A stretch of 64,000 nucleotides of DNA, taken from Candidatus Omnitrophota bacterium (GTDB lineage: Bacteria; Omnitrophota; Gorgyraeia; B26-G9). Location: assembly GCA_043826565.1 (NCBI GenBank), contig JBDRPX010000004.1:10232-74231 (forward strand), written 5' to 3'. Each line of letters opens with the position of its first letter. Position 1 is the first letter of the stretch. Positions 17,977-27,818 of this stretch are shown here, piece by piece. A program made the translations under genes and the position numbers. Below the pieces are notes generated by a model, which saw only the letters and a list, made by a program, of their open reading frames with translations, searched no databases and was not told where the DNA came from.

Positions 17977-19608
17977 ATGAAAGGTAAACTGTTGAATAAA
18001 TTATTTATCATGATGGTGAGTATTTTGATTCTTCCTGTAGCTGCCAGAGCAGAGCTTGTGCTGGTAGCGGATATCGGGATTGAAGCATTTGGCCCGGAAG
18101 TGAAGATTTCCGTCACTTCTAATCTGCCTTTGCAGATTGAAACATTTAAGAGTGAAGAAGGTTCATCAAACTATATAGTTGTCGATTTTTTAGGAGCAGT
18201 ATATTCAGATCTTCCGCCGGTTGTGGATATAAGCAGCGGTGCGGTAGAAAAAGTAAGTCTTGTGCGGGGAGAGGAACAGCCGGTATCAGTAGACGGAAAA
18301 GAATATTACACTCTCGATTTTTTAGCAATTAACTTAAATGCCGATGCTGATTACAAAGTTGATCAGGATATGAATGTTATTGATTTGAAAATTACTGCTG
18401 TTGCAAAATCAGATAAGCTGTCTAAAGAAAGTGAGGCGGTTGTTTTAGAACCGCCGGTAGTTGTTACCCCGAGGAAAGTGGAAGTACCCAAGATTGAAAA
18501 AAAAGAAGATGTTGAAAAAGCGGAAAAAGAAAATAAGAAAGAAGAAGCGAGATTAGCTAAAGAAGCAAAGAAGGCGGAAAGAGCAAAGAAAAAAGAAGAA
18601 GTGAGATTAGCTAAAGAAGCAAAGAAGGCGGAAAGAGCAAAGAAAAAAGAAGAAGCGGGATTGGCTAAAGAAAAGCTGGAGAAAAAAATAGAATCAAAAA
18701 ATCCTGAAAAGAAGAAAAATGTATTAATCGTAAAAGCAGAACCGGAGCAAAACCCGGAGGTTAAAAAGACGGTAAGCCGTGCTGTTGATCCGGCTAATAA
18801 ATATATAATTGATAAGGTTGTCCAAGATACTATGCGTGAAAAAGAGCAGGTTAATTCCCGCATTGAAGAATTGACCGCTCAGCTGCAGCGCATGCAGAAA
18901 GATCTTGACTCCACAAAAGGTGAAAAATCTAAGATAGAAAGTAAAATAAGCGAAATTCTGTCAAGACTTGATGATGTTAATGACGCTTTAGGACTGGAAA
19001 TTAAACGTCGTCGTGAGTTAGGTGAACAGGTTGAGGATTTGGTTGAAAAAAGAAAGGCCTATACGCAGGCAAAGAGAACATTTGAAACTGTTGCCGCACA
19101 GCTTGCCGATACAAATGACAAAGTTGATACTTTGACCGCGGAAGCAGCCGCGGTCAAAGGTAATATTAGTGAGCTGGAAAAAGAAAAGAGTCAGCTAGAG
19201 TCAAAATTTGGCGCGCTTAGTACGGAAAGCGGCCGCTTTGAGGCTGATTATGAAGAGGCTTTGGATTTAAGTAACCGGAGTTCTGCGAAAGTAGATGAAT
19301 TAAGAAGAAAGCTTGAGCAAATGGAGATGACTCTCGCCAAGACCCTAAAAGATGAAGAAGCGCTTAAAGCTAAAGTTAAGGATTTAGAAAGTAAAAGAAA
19401 ATTCAGCAGTATAGAAGCGTCAAATTTTAAACAAAAATTAATGGATAAAGAAATATTATTAGATAATCTCTCCAGAAAATATGAACAGCTGAATAACGAA
19501 TTGGAGCTATCTTTGATGCAAAAGGATAAGCTTGATGAAGAATATAAAGATGCCAAGAATAAATATGAACAAATTAAACGCGAAGTTAAAGAGTCTATTA
19601 AAAATTAA
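17977..19608 (+). CDS. secreted AMIN-domain protein with Lys/Glu/Ala tandem repeats and a long coiled coil
   Basis: Signal peptide, then an AMIN-like beta domain (LVLVADIGIEAFGPEVKISV...YIVVDFLGAVY), then repeated KEEARLAKEAKKAERAKKKEE units, then heptad-rich sequence. Confidence 0.55.
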   Translation: MKGKLLNKLFIMMVSILILPVAARAELVLVADIGIEAFGPEVKISVTSNLPLQIETFKSEEGSSNYIVVDFLGAVYSDLPPVVDISSGAVEKVSLVRGEEQPVSVDGKEYYTLDFLAINLNADADYKVDQDMNVIDLKITAVAKSDKLSKESEAVVLEPPVVVTPRKVEVPKIEKKEDVEKAEKENKKEEARLAKEAKKAERAKKKEEVRLAKEAKKAERAKKKEEAGLAKEKLEKKIESKNPEKKKNVLIVKAEPEQNPEVKKTVSRAVDPANKYIIDKVVQDTMREKEQVNSRIEELTAQLQRMQKDLDSTKGEKSKIESKISEILSRLDDVNDALGLEIKRRRELGEQVEDLVEKRKAYTQAKRTFETVAAQLADTNDKVDTLTAEAAAVKGNISELEKEKSQLESKFGALSTESGRFEADYEEALDLSNRSSAKVDELRRKLEQMEMTLAKTLKDEEALKAKVKDLESKRKFSSIEASNFKQKLMDKEILLDNLSRKYEQLNNELELSLMQKDKLDEEYKDAKNKYEQIKREVKESIKN

Positions 19609-19654
19609 TTTTGATTATTCGATAATTATTGGGAACAGAAAGGTAGGTGGATCC

Positions 19655-22222
19655 ATGAGGAAACGTTTTTTTCTGTTGTTAGTTACAACGGCCTTGATAA
19701 TTTTTACTGGTGGCGCGCAGCTTTTTGCTCAGTCGGTTGTCTTAACTGATACAGAAATTAAAGAGGATTCTGACGCCGTACAATTGTTGTTTTCAACTAA
19801 TCGGTCTATTCCCATTGAATGTTATGACCTAAGTACTCCCCCGCAAATCGTGATTGATTTTATGGGTGAAATATATAGTAATAAACCTGAGATCATGATG
19901 GTAAACAAAGGTGCTGTAAAACAGATACGTGTAATAAAGGGGACAAGACAAGCAGCAGACTTAGATGATGCGTATTATTCTGTTGATTTTATTATTGTGG
20001 ATTTAAAAGAAGCCTTGCGATATGACTTTAACCAAGGATTAACTACCGCGGTTTTAGTTATTTCAAAACCGGGAAAAATCGTTACGGCAAAAATTCCCCT
20101 GAAGGAAGTCCCGGAAGTAGAACCTAGGACGGTAAGTCCGGAACCGGTTGAAAAGAAAGTTGTGGAAAAAGAAGTTGTTAAGAAAGAAGCTGTTAAACCG
20201 GTAGTTACTGAGAAACCTTTGCCGGTCGTGAAAAAGGAAAAGCCGTTTTTACTTGAGGAAAAAGAGCGTGATGCTGAGCAGGTGGTAATGCCTGCGAAAA
20301 AAGCGGATAAGGTTGTGGAGGCTTCTGATGAAGGTACTGTCGCGAAAAGTTCCAAAGCGGTTGGTAAAGGAATAGCTAAAGGCGTAGGAAGTTTTGGCAA
20401 AGGAATAAAAAACTTCTTTGGAGGGAAAGATAAAGATTCCAAAGAAGAACCTAAGGAAAATAGAAAAAGCAGAAGATCCAGACAAAATAAGGTAGCCCAA
20501 AAGAAGGAAAAAGAAGAAAAGAAAGCTGCTGCGAAACCGCAAAAGAAACTTTCTGCAAAACCAAAGAAAACAAAGGAGTTCTCCATAGAATCGATCTCCT
20601 TAGAAGAAGCGACAAAAAACTTGGCGGGTGCTAAAAGGGAATGTGGAAAAGCAGAGGAAGAAGTAGATGCCTTAAAGAAAGAAGTTGCTGATATAAATGC
20701 CGGCTTGGAGCAGGAGAAGGAAAAATTCGAAAAGAAAAAATCCGAAATCTCCGCTACTGAGGAAAAGAAAGACAGTGCTGAGAAAGATTTTAAGGCTGCT
20801 TTAAAGAAAACAGATATTGCGAAGAACAAAGCGAACGCTGTCTGGGTCGAATATGCCGAGGTTAAAGATCAGTTAAGCAGTCTTTTAGAAGGGAATGAAA
20901 AAGAAAGTATTATTGAAGATAGACAAAAGAAATATGAGAAAAAGAAAGAAATACTGGAGTCTTCGATCCGAGAAGCAGAAGAAGCTAAAGCGGGAAGCGA
21001 CAAAAAACTAAAAGAATACAATTTCTTAAAAGAAGAAGTGGGTAAATTATCACAGGAAGCAAAAGATCCGGAAAAGAAGATTGAAGTATTACAAAACAAG
21101 CAGCGTGAAACAGAAAAAAAACTTAATCTGGCAATGAATGATTTGAATGCGGCAAATAAGAAATTATCAAAAGCCGGGAGAGATTATAAGAAATATGAAT
21201 TAGAGAAAGCTGATGAGGAATATCGAAAATCCTTATTGGAGATAGATGAAGAAATAATTGTTCAAATGGAAGATCGCAGCAGTAAGCACGTAGAGAAACA
21301 GAAAAATGAAGAAGAAAAACGTAAAAAAATAGTTGAGAAAACCGCGGAAAAAGAAGCCCAGATTGAAGAGGAAAAATTAGAGAAAGAAACGATCAGAGAG
21401 GAACGCGCTCGTAAACGAGAGGAAGCTTTAGCCGCGAGAAAAGCGGAAAGAGAACAGAAAAAGGAAGAGGCTCGATTAGCTAAAGAAGCGAAAATGGCTG
21501 AAAAGGAAAAGAAAAGAGAAGAGGCTAGGCTGGCTAAAGAAGAACGCAAGGCCCAAAGAGAAGAGAAAAGAGAAGAAGCTAGGTTAGCCAAAGAAGCGCA
21601 AGAAGAGCTTAATAGAGAAGAAGAGATAGCTGAGATTGCTAAACAAGATGCTCAGGAAGCAGCTTTATTGCTTGTGCAGGAAAAAAGGCTGAAAGAAGAA
21701 GTTGTTGAGGAATATGCTGAGGAAGAAGTTGCGGAAGAAGAGGTATTGGTTGTTCCTGAAGAAGATAAAGAAATTCGGCCAAAAAGAAGAAAGACAAGTC
21801 TTGCCGCTAAGAAAAAAGCAGTTGAACAAAAATCACCGCGGGAAGAGATCTTGAAATCAGCAGTTGAGTTGCGCAATGCCGGTCTGGAAATGCAGCGTAC
21901 CGGGGATTTGGACCGCGCACTTAGATATTACCAGAAAGCGTTGATGAGTGATCCGGAATATGCGGCGGTGCATAATGACTTAGGTATTCTTTATGAACAA
22001 AAAGGCTTGGATGAGAAAGCAAAAATGGAATATCTTAAAGCTTTAAAAATAAATCCTTATTATATAAAGTCTCACAGTAATTTAGCTCTTTTATATGAGA
22101 AGTTTGGAGATAATAATAAGGCGTATTATCATTGGAAGCAAAGGGCTGAGTTAGGAGATCCTAATGATCCATGGACTGGAAAAGCAAAAGAAAAAATGGA
22201 AGAATTTAAGCAGAGAAAGTAG
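19655..22222 (+). CDS. secreted AMIN-domain protein with Lys/Glu repeats, coiled coil and C-terminal TPR repeats (paralog of previous)
   Basis: Signal peptide, an AMIN-like domain (VVLTDTEIKEDSDAVQLLFS...IVIDFMGEIY), EEARLAKEAK repeat units shared with the upstream gene, and C-terminal TPR-like helices (ALRYYQKAL...YLKALKINPYY). Confidence 0.55.
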   Translation: MRKRFFLLLVTTALIIFTGGAQLFAQSVVLTDTEIKEDSDAVQLLFSTNRSIPIECYDLSTPPQIVIDFMGEIYSNKPEIMMVNKGAVKQIRVIKGTRQAADLDDAYYSVDFIIVDLKEALRYDFNQGLTTAVLVISKPGKIVTAKIPLKEVPEVEPRTVSPEPVEKKVVEKEVVKKEAVKPVVTEKPLPVVKKEKPFLLEEKERDAEQVVMPAKKADKVVEASDEGTVAKSSKAVGKGIAKGVGSFGKGIKNFFGGKDKDSKEEPKENRKSRRSRQNKVAQKKEKEEKKAAAKPQKKLSAKPKKTKEFSIESISLEEATKNLAGAKRECGKAEEEVDALKKEVADINAGLEQEKEKFEKKKSEISATEEKKDSAEKDFKAALKKTDIAKNKANAVWVEYAEVKDQLSSLLEGNEKESIIEDRQKKYEKKKEILESSIREAEEAKAGSDKKLKEYNFLKEEVGKLSQEAKDPEKKIEVLQNKQRETEKKLNLAMNDLNAANKKLSKAGRDYKKYELEKADEEYRKSLLEIDEEIIVQMEDRSSKHVEKQKNEEEKRKKIVEKTAEKEAQIEEEKLEKETIREERARKREEALAARKAEREQKKEEARLAKEAKMAEKEKKREEARLAKEERKAQREEKREEARLAKEAQEELNREEEIAEIAKQDAQEAALLLVQEKRLKEEVVEEYAEEEVAEEEVLVVPEEDKEIRPKRRKTSLAAKKKAVEQKSPREEILKSAVELRNAGLEMQRTGDLDRALRYYQKALMSDPEYAAVHNDLGILYEQKGLDEKAKMEYLKALKINPYYIKSHSNLALLYEKFGDNNKAYYHWKQRAELGDPNDPWTGKAKEKMEEFKQRK

Positions 22223-22226
22223 GATT

Positions 22227-23501
22227 ATGTCTAACTTAGTGATTGTCGGTGCTCAATGGGGAGATGAGGGCAAAGGAAAAATTATTGATATTCTCTCTAA
22301 AAACGCGGATTATGTTGTTAGGTATCAAGGCGGTAATAATGCCGGGCATACTGTGGTTGTCGGAGAAACTGAGATTATTTTACATCTTGTTCCTTCCGGG
22401 ATTCTGCATAAAAATAAAATTTGTGTTATCGGGAATGGAGTGGTTATTGATCCGCAAGCTCTGCTTACGGAAATCGCTTATCTTAAAGAACGAAATATTG
22501 ATGTTAAAAATAATCTTAAAATAAGTGATAGAGCGCATGTAATTTTTCCCTATCATAAGGTGCTTGATCAGCTTCGTGAAGAAAAGTTTAGAAAAACAAA
22601 GATCGGGACCACCGGTAGAGGGATCGGCCCGTCTTATACGGATAAGTTTTCCCGCGGAGGGATTCGTATCGGTGATCTTTTAAATAAGAAGATATTTAAA
22701 GAAAAATTAGAGTGTAATCTGGAAGAAAAGAATGCGATTTTTACCAAAGTGTATAAATATAAAAAGTTTTCTTTTCAACAGATATATACTCAGTATTTAA
22801 AGTATGCCGAAAAGATAAAGCCGTATGTATGTGATTGTTCGGTTCTTTTGAATGAAGCGATAAGTAAACGCAAAAAAATACTTTTTGAAGGAGCACAAGG
22901 AACACTTTTGGATATCGATAACGGTACTTATCCGTTTGTTACTTCTTCAAATTCTACTGCCGGAGGAGCTTGTGTGGGTACGGGAATAGGCCCGACCAAG
23001 ATTAATAAAGTTACCGGGATAGTAAAAGCATACACAACCCGCGTCGGAGAAGGTCCGTTCCCTACGGAATTTTCGGATGTATTGATGAAAAAAATAAGAC
23101 GTATTGGAAAAGAATTTGGGGCGACTACCGGCCGGCCGCGCCGTTGCGGATGGTTTGACGCTGTTGTGGTAAAACATGCGGTAGCGACTAACGGCTTAGA
23201 CAGCATTGTCGTAACTAAGCTTGATGTTCTGGATACAATGCCGTCATTGAAAATATGTGTGGGATATAAATATAAAGGAATACTGTATACTAATTTTCCG
23301 TCTGATATTGAGGTGCTTTGGAAAGCTAAACCGATATATGAGGAATGTGAGGGTTGGATGGCGGATACAACTCGAGCAAAAAAGTTTTCGGATCTGCCGG
23401 TAAACGCTCGTAAATATCTAAGTAAATTGTCTGGGTTAGTAGGTGCAAAAATTGAAATTGTGTCTGTCGGCTCAGAACGAAACCAAACATTATTTGTCTG
23501 A
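22227..23501 (+). CDS. purA: adenylosuccinate synthetase
   Basis: VIVGAQWGDEGKGK P-loop and GTTGRGIGP motifs. Confidence 0.9.
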   Translation: MSNLVIVGAQWGDEGKGKIIDILSKNADYVVRYQGGNNAGHTVVVGETEIILHLVPSGILHKNKICVIGNGVVIDPQALLTEIAYLKERNIDVKNNLKISDRAHVIFPYHKVLDQLREEKFRKTKIGTTGRGIGPSYTDKFSRGGIRIGDLLNKKIFKEKLECNLEEKNAIFTKVYKYKKFSFQQIYTQYLKYAEKIKPYVCDCSVLLNEAISKRKKILFEGAQGTLLDIDNGTYPFVTSSNSTAGGACVGTGIGPTKINKVTGIVKAYTTRVGEGPFPTEFSDVLMKKIRRIGKEFGATTGRPRRCGWFDAVVVKHAVATNGLDSIVVTKLDVLDTMPSLKICVGYKYKGILYTNFPSDIEVLWKAKPIYEECEGWMADTTRAKKFSDLPVNARKYLSKLSGLVGAKIEIVSVGSERNQTLFV

Positions 23502-23675
23502 AAGGAAAATCAAAAATCAAAAATTAGAAATCAAAATGACAAAGAAAAATGTAAAAAGAATAAAAAATTACAAGAAATAAAATATGATTGTTATTCTATG
23601 ATTTTTCTTTTATAATTTAGATTTGACATTTTGCATTTTGACCTTTGAATTTTGACTTTAACAAGGATACTAAAG
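23502..23675. repeat. intergenic quasi-palindrome (aaatcaaaaatcaaaaattagaaatcaaaatgac ... tttgacattttgcattttgacctttgaattttgac)
   Basis: Between purA and mgtC-like. The centre contains a TATAAT-like hexamer. Confidence 0.65.
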
Positions 23676-24353
23676 ATGATTTTATTTTTTGATGATATTG
23701 TTTATCATATAACTGTGCGGATAATGCTTGCGGCATTATTGAGCGGACTTATCGGGTATGAAAGAGAAATCCATGGCCGGGCGGCCGGGTTAAGAACAAC
23801 GATTCTTGTGGGAGTGGGGTCATGCTTAATTATGATAACCTCAATACACATGCATGAAATGTTCGGAGCAACGGCTAATGTTGATCCCGGAAGAATCGCG
23901 GCACAGGTAGTAAGCGGCATCGGGTTTTTAGGCGCCGGGACAATACTGCGTTTTCGCGCTTCGATAAGAGGATTGACTACAGCTGCCGGATTATGGGCAG
24001 TGGCCGGGATCGGACTTGCCGTAGGATGCGGTTTTTATTCTGCGGCGCTTATCTCCACAGCGGTTATTTATATCGTATTGGTAACCTTATCAAGATTCGA
24101 ACATAGAATAAAGAAAAAATTTGAAAAGACATTAAAAATTGATACTATTGGCGGTATTGATCAGCTTGCTAAAATTACTAAAGTTCTTTCGAGTTGTCAA
24201 ATAGAAATAAAAGACATTGAGATAATCGATGCCCTCCAGGAAGGTAAATTTTCTACGAATATGCAGCTGTTGATTTGTGATGAAGGCAGTAGCAGCCAAT
24301 TAACTGAGTCACTAGCCAACATTAAAGGTATAACTGCTATAAAATGGGGTTAA
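23676..24353 (+). CDS. MgtC/SapB-family membrane protein
   Basis: GLIGYEREIHGRAAGLRT motif, four TM helices, and a C-terminal soluble domain. Confidence 0.7.
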   Translation: MILFFDDIVYHITVRIMLAALLSGLIGYEREIHGRAAGLRTTILVGVGSCLIMITSIHMHEMFGATANVDPGRIAAQVVSGIGFLGAGTILRFRASIRGLTTAAGLWAVAGIGLAVGCGFYSAALISTAVIYIVLVTLSRFEHRIKKKFEKTLKIDTIGGIDQLAKITKVLSSCQIEIKDIEIIDALQEGKFSTNMQLLICDEGSSSQLTESLANIKGITAIKWG

Positions 24354-25063
24354 AGAAAAAAAAACAAACCAAGGGATCTTCCTCAAAACAAGCACATCAT
24401 ATTTCCCTAAAAGAGCATAGAGTTTGTACGGCACGCGTGGATGTTGGACGGGAAAAACGGCGTGGTTTTCCAGAAGTAATTTATTGTCCGCAAAAAACAA
24501 TTAAACAGATTGAGCAAATTTCCCGATGTATTCTTAAGCACAACGACACCTTGCTTTTAACCCGGGCTAATGAAAAAATATATAAATGTATTAAAAAGAT
24601 TGACCGCCGGGCGGTTTATAATAAACGGGCTAATCTTATTTACATTAAAAAGGAAAAAAAGATTTCCAAAAAAGGGTTAATTTTAGTTATCAGTGCCGGC
24701 ACAAGCGATATTCCGGTGGCGGAAGAGGCCGCGGTTACGGCTGAGCTTATGCAAAATAAAGTTGAACGTCTTTACGATGTCGGGGTTGCGGGAATTCATC
24801 GTTTACTGTCCGAATCTGAATTATTGAAAAAAGCTGATGTTTTAGTGGTTGTTGCCGGAATGGAAGGCGCTTTAGCCAGTGTGGTCAGCGGTATGGTCAA
24901 AAAGCCGGTTATTGGGGTGCCGACAAGTATTGGTTATGGAGCAAGTTTTTCCGGGATCGCGCCGTTACTGACAATGCTTAACAGTTGTTCTCCCGGAGTG
25001 TGTGTGGTGAATATCGATAACGGGTTTGGCGCCGGGTATTTGGCGGGAATGATTAATAAGTAA
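24344..25063 (+). CDS. larB: nickel-pincer cofactor biosynthesis protein LarB (PurE-like carboxylase/hydrolase)
   Basis: PurE-fold motifs (ISAGTSD, GMEGAL, VPTSIGYGAS) in an ~240-aa protein, adjacent to larC. Confidence 0.65.
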   Translation: MGLKKKKQTKGSSSKQAHHISLKEHRVCTARVDVGREKRRGFPEVIYCPQKTIKQIEQISRCILKHNDTLLLTRANEKIYKCIKKIDRRAVYNKRANLIYIKKEKKISKKGLILVISAGTSDIPVAEEAAVTAELMQNKVERLYDVGVAGIHRLLSESELLKKADVLVVVAGMEGALASVVSGMVKKPVIGVPTSIGYGASFSGIAPLLTMLNSCSPGVCVVNIDNGFGAGYLAGMINK

Positions 25064-25163
25064 GTTTCAAGTTTCAGGCTGCAGGTCGCAGGATGTATTG
25101 ATAAATCTTTTGCTTTAAGACTTGTGACTTGTGACTTGTGACTTGTGACTGGAGACTTTTTTT
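25064..25163. repeat. intergenic repeat: gtttcaagtttcag ... then GACTTGTG x4 tandem
   Basis: agacttgtgacttgtgacttgtgacttgtgactgg. Confidence 0.6.
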
Positions 25164-26342
25164 ATGACTAGGATTGCCTATTTAGATTGTTTTTCCGGAA
25201 TAAGCGGGGATATGCTCTTAGGTGCTTTTATCGATTGCGGCTTAAAAGTTGCTGATTTAAAAAAAGAACTGGTAAAACTGAATGTTAAAGGGATTGATAT
25301 TAAAACCAGACGAGTAAGGCGCGGGCACATTTCGGGAACTAAAGTAGATGTGATTGCCGGGGGTAAAATTAGATTTTCTAGTTTAAAGAGTATTTTTAAA
25401 CTTATTGATAATAGTAAGCTTGATTCTAAGATAAAAGATTCGGTAAAAAATATATATACAAATTTGGCCAAGGCAGAAGCTGAAGTTCATCATGAGAAAC
25501 TAGAGCAGGTGCATTTTCATCAGCTGGGAGCTTTAGATACGATCGTTGATATTGTGGGAGCTGTAGTAGCGATAAATTTGCTGGGGATAGAACAATTGTA
25601 TTCTTCAAGTATTACTCTGGGCACAGGCATGGTGCGCTGCGGCAAGGATGTATTTCCTTTACCGGCTCCGGCAACATTACAACTGATCAAAGGCCGGACA
25701 GTGTGCATGGATCCTTCTATTTCGCATGAATTGGTTACTCCTACCGGAGCGGCAATATTAGCTACTCTGGCGAAAGAAGTCAAGTTTTTGCCCATGAATA
25801 TTTTGAAAGTAGGTTACGGGGCGGGCAGTTATAATGATCCGGCTTTACCTAATTTATTAACTTTGATAATTGCCGAATCAAAGATATTACCGGAAAAAGA
25901 TAATATAATTGTCGTTGAGACAAATATTGATGATACCCTGGCTTTAAATTTTGAGGTGCTTTTTGAACGATTGTTTGCTGCCGGCGCGCTGGATGTATAT
26001 ACTGTTTCGGTGATGATGAAAAAAATGCGGCCGGGTATTTTACTGAGTGTCCAGGTTTGCGAGAGCCGTCTGGATGAAATTTTGGAGATAATTTTCGAGG
26101 AAACAACTACCCTGGGAGTCAGAATAAACAATGTTTCTCGTCGAAAGCTGCAAAGAAAAATCTTGAAACTCAAAAGCGAATATGGGATAATTGTGAGAGT
26201 GAAAATTGCGGCTTTGGGAGCAAAAACAATGAATATTGCTCCGGAGTACGAGGATTGCAAAAGAATTGCTTTAAAGAAAAACTTACCGTTTAAAAAAGTT
26301 TATGAGAAAATAAAAGCCCAGGCATTAAAGGAGTTTGCGTAA
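25164..26342 (+). CDS. larC: nickel insertion protein LarC (DUF111 family)
   Basis: The N-terminus YLDCFSGISGDMLLGA is diagnostic for the LarC/DUF111 family. Confidence 0.8.
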   Translation: MTRIAYLDCFSGISGDMLLGAFIDCGLKVADLKKELVKLNVKGIDIKTRRVRRGHISGTKVDVIAGGKIRFSSLKSIFKLIDNSKLDSKIKDSVKNIYTNLAKAEAEVHHEKLEQVHFHQLGALDTIVDIVGAVVAINLLGIEQLYSSSITLGTGMVRCGKDVFPLPAPATLQLIKGRTVCMDPSISHELVTPTGAAILATLAKEVKFLPMNILKVGYGAGSYNDPALPNLLTLIIAESKILPEKDNIIVVETNIDDTLALNFEVLFERLFAAGALDVYTVSVMMKKMRPGILLSVQVCESRLDEILEIIFEETTTLGVRINNVSRRKLQRKILKLKSEYGIIVRVKIAALGAKTMNIAPEYEDCKRIALKKNLPFKKVYEKIKAQALKEFA

Positions 26343-26347
26343 CTATC

Positions 26348-27196
26348 ATGAAAAGAAGACTTTATACATTAGTTGTTCCGCGATTTGAGGATATTTTTCA
26401 TTCTTATTTTGCGCAGGAGATTATTAAAGGTGCCAGTTCTGCGGCTAGCCATATAAATGCCGATTTGCTGATACATATTACCGAGCGTGGTTCTCATGAT
26501 GATTGGATAAGCGCTTGCGCGCTTAAACCGGGGTTTTCCGACGGGATAATGTTTGCGGATATTGATCAGGACCGGAGCGGGCTTAATAGAATTATTAGCC
26601 GGAATATCCCTCATCTTGTTTTAAATAATTATTTTGACGGTCCGGGAAATTGTATTGGTATTGATAATTATAAAGCAACTTTGAAAATTGTTGATTATTT
26701 ACTTAGGCTGGGGCATAAACGTATTGCGACGATTTGCGGAGAACTTAATACGCAAGCCGGATCACAGCGTTTAAAGGGGTTTAAAGACAGGCTTAAAGCT
26801 CATGGCCTAGAGGTTAATGACAAGTATATCAAGAAGGGGGAGTTTTTAAGAACTCCGGCCCGTCGTGCCGCCGAGTATCTGCTGGGCTTGGATAATCCGC
26901 CGACGGCAATTTTCGCGGCTAGTGATGTGATGGCTCTGGAAGTTTTGGATGTGGCTAAGAAAAAAAATATTAAGATACCTGAGGATTTATCAGTGATTGG
27001 TTTTGATGATAATCCGTTAAATGTTTACAGTCCTATATCTCTGACTACCGTGAGGCAGCCGATCGCGGAAATGGCCAGGATGGGGTTGGAGATATTAAAT
27101 AGAATTGTTAAAAGGCAGGAGAAACTTCCGGTAAAGCAGAAACTTTCGGCAAGACTGATTAAAAGAGACTCCTGCGGAGAATATAAAATAAAGTGA
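26348..27196 (+). CDS. LacI-type periplasmic-binding-fold (sugar-binding) domain protein lacking the HTH
   Basis: Peripla_BP_1-like sequence from residue 1 (LVVPRFEDIFHSYFAQEIIKG ... FAASDVMALEV ... IGFDD). There is no N-terminal DNA-binding helix-turn-helix. Confidence 0.55.
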   Translation: MKRRLYTLVVPRFEDIFHSYFAQEIIKGASSAASHINADLLIHITERGSHDDWISACALKPGFSDGIMFADIDQDRSGLNRIISRNIPHLVLNNYFDGPGNCIGIDNYKATLKIVDYLLRLGHKRIATICGELNTQAGSQRLKGFKDRLKAHGLEVNDKYIKKGEFLRTPARRAAEYLLGLDNPPTAIFAASDVMALEVLDVAKKKNIKIPEDLSVIGFDDNPLNVYSPISLTTVRQPIAEMARMGLEILNRIVKRQEKLPVKQKLSARLIKRDSCGEYKIK

Positions 27197-27199
27197 ATT

Positions 27200-27253
27200 A
27201 AGACCTCTCACCTAGGCAGGTTCGAGGTTAATTTGCTAAAGCAAATTAAGGAG
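27200..27253 (+). promoter_or_regulatory. conserved leader element, copy B (upstream of secG)
   Basis: AAGACCTCTCACCTAGGCAGGTTCGAGGTTAATTTGCTAAAGCAAATTAAGGAG, with the ATG 7 nt downstream. Confidence 0.55.
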
Positions 27254-27260
27254 AAGGAAA

Positions 27261-27665
27261 ATGTACACAGTTTTATTAATTGTTCATGTAATTGTTTCTT
27301 TGTTTTTGATTTTTATCATTTTGATTCAAAGCGGTAAAGGCGAGGGGCTTTCTGATGTTTTCGGCGGCGGATCAAGTCAAACGACTATTTTTGGCACCCG
27401 TACCGGGACTTTTTTAACAAAAGCTACGACGGCTTCCGCAATTATTTTTATGGTTACATGTTTGAGCCTTGCGTTTATATCCCGGAAAGAAGGCGGTTCG
27501 GTTGTGCAGCAGGAACTTCAAAAAGAACAGGTAAACGATAAAATAAAAGGACTTATGCAGGGAGCTAAAGAAGCCCAGGAAAAAGCTGCGTCAACACCAG
27601 CAGCACCGGCAATGGCTGAAAATGTCCCGGAACAAGCACCAACAACACCGGTTCAAGGGGAGTAA
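27261..27665 (+). CDS. secG: preprotein translocase subunit SecG (with extended Ala/Pro-rich C-terminus)
   Basis: The LLIVHVIVSLFLIFIILIQSGKGEGL...FGGG core matches the SecG signature, plus a second TM. Confidence 0.7.
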   Translation: MYTVLLIVHVIVSLFLIFIILIQSGKGEGLSDVFGGGSSQTTIFGTRTGTFLTKATTASAIIFMVTCLSLAFISRKEGGSVVQQELQKEQVNDKIKGLMQGAKEAQEKAASTPAAPAMAENVPEQAPTTPVQGE

Positions 27666-27806
27666 ATAAAATATACAATAGACAATAAACAATAAACAAA
27701 TTACAAGTAATAGACAAGGAACAAAGAATCAATAAAATTAGGATAAAATATTTTATTAAATTTTTTGTAATTTGGAATTTGTGATTTGTAATTTGTAATT
27801 TTAGGG
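27666..27806. repeat. intergenic quasi-palindrome (acaatagacaataaacaataaacaaattacaag ... ttgtaatttggaatttgtgatttgtaatttgtaatt)
   Basis: Direct reading. Confidence 0.65.
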
Positions 27807-27818
27807 ATGGGGGAGAGT

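Noticed and set aside
18480-18720. Possible CRISPR-like array from ~60-bp DNA repeats (gctaaagaagcaaagaaggcggaaagagcaaagaaaaaagaagaag)
   Set aside because: The repeats are in-frame coding repeats (EEARLAKEAKKAERAKKKEE) inside a long ORF with no spacer-like unique segments. No cas genes are present anywhere in the window.
18363-18863. Minus-strand ORFs of 100-284 aa (18363-18863, 19248-19556, 19975-20829, 21262-21591, 21652-21876) with Ser/Phe/Leu-rich low-complexity translations
   Set aside because: They are antisense to the Lys/Glu/Ala-repeat coding regions of the two AMIN coiled-coil genes. The reverse complement of GAA/AAA/GCT-rich repeats necessarily gives open low-complexity frames, and no RBS or homology was found.
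22243-22524. 93-aa ORF in an alternative frame inside purA, plus other internal same-strand ORFs (15848-16054, 17320-17517, 27970-28251, 36745-37029, 44196-44414)
   Set aside because: They lie fully inside well-supported conserved genes in other frames, with no RBS or homology.
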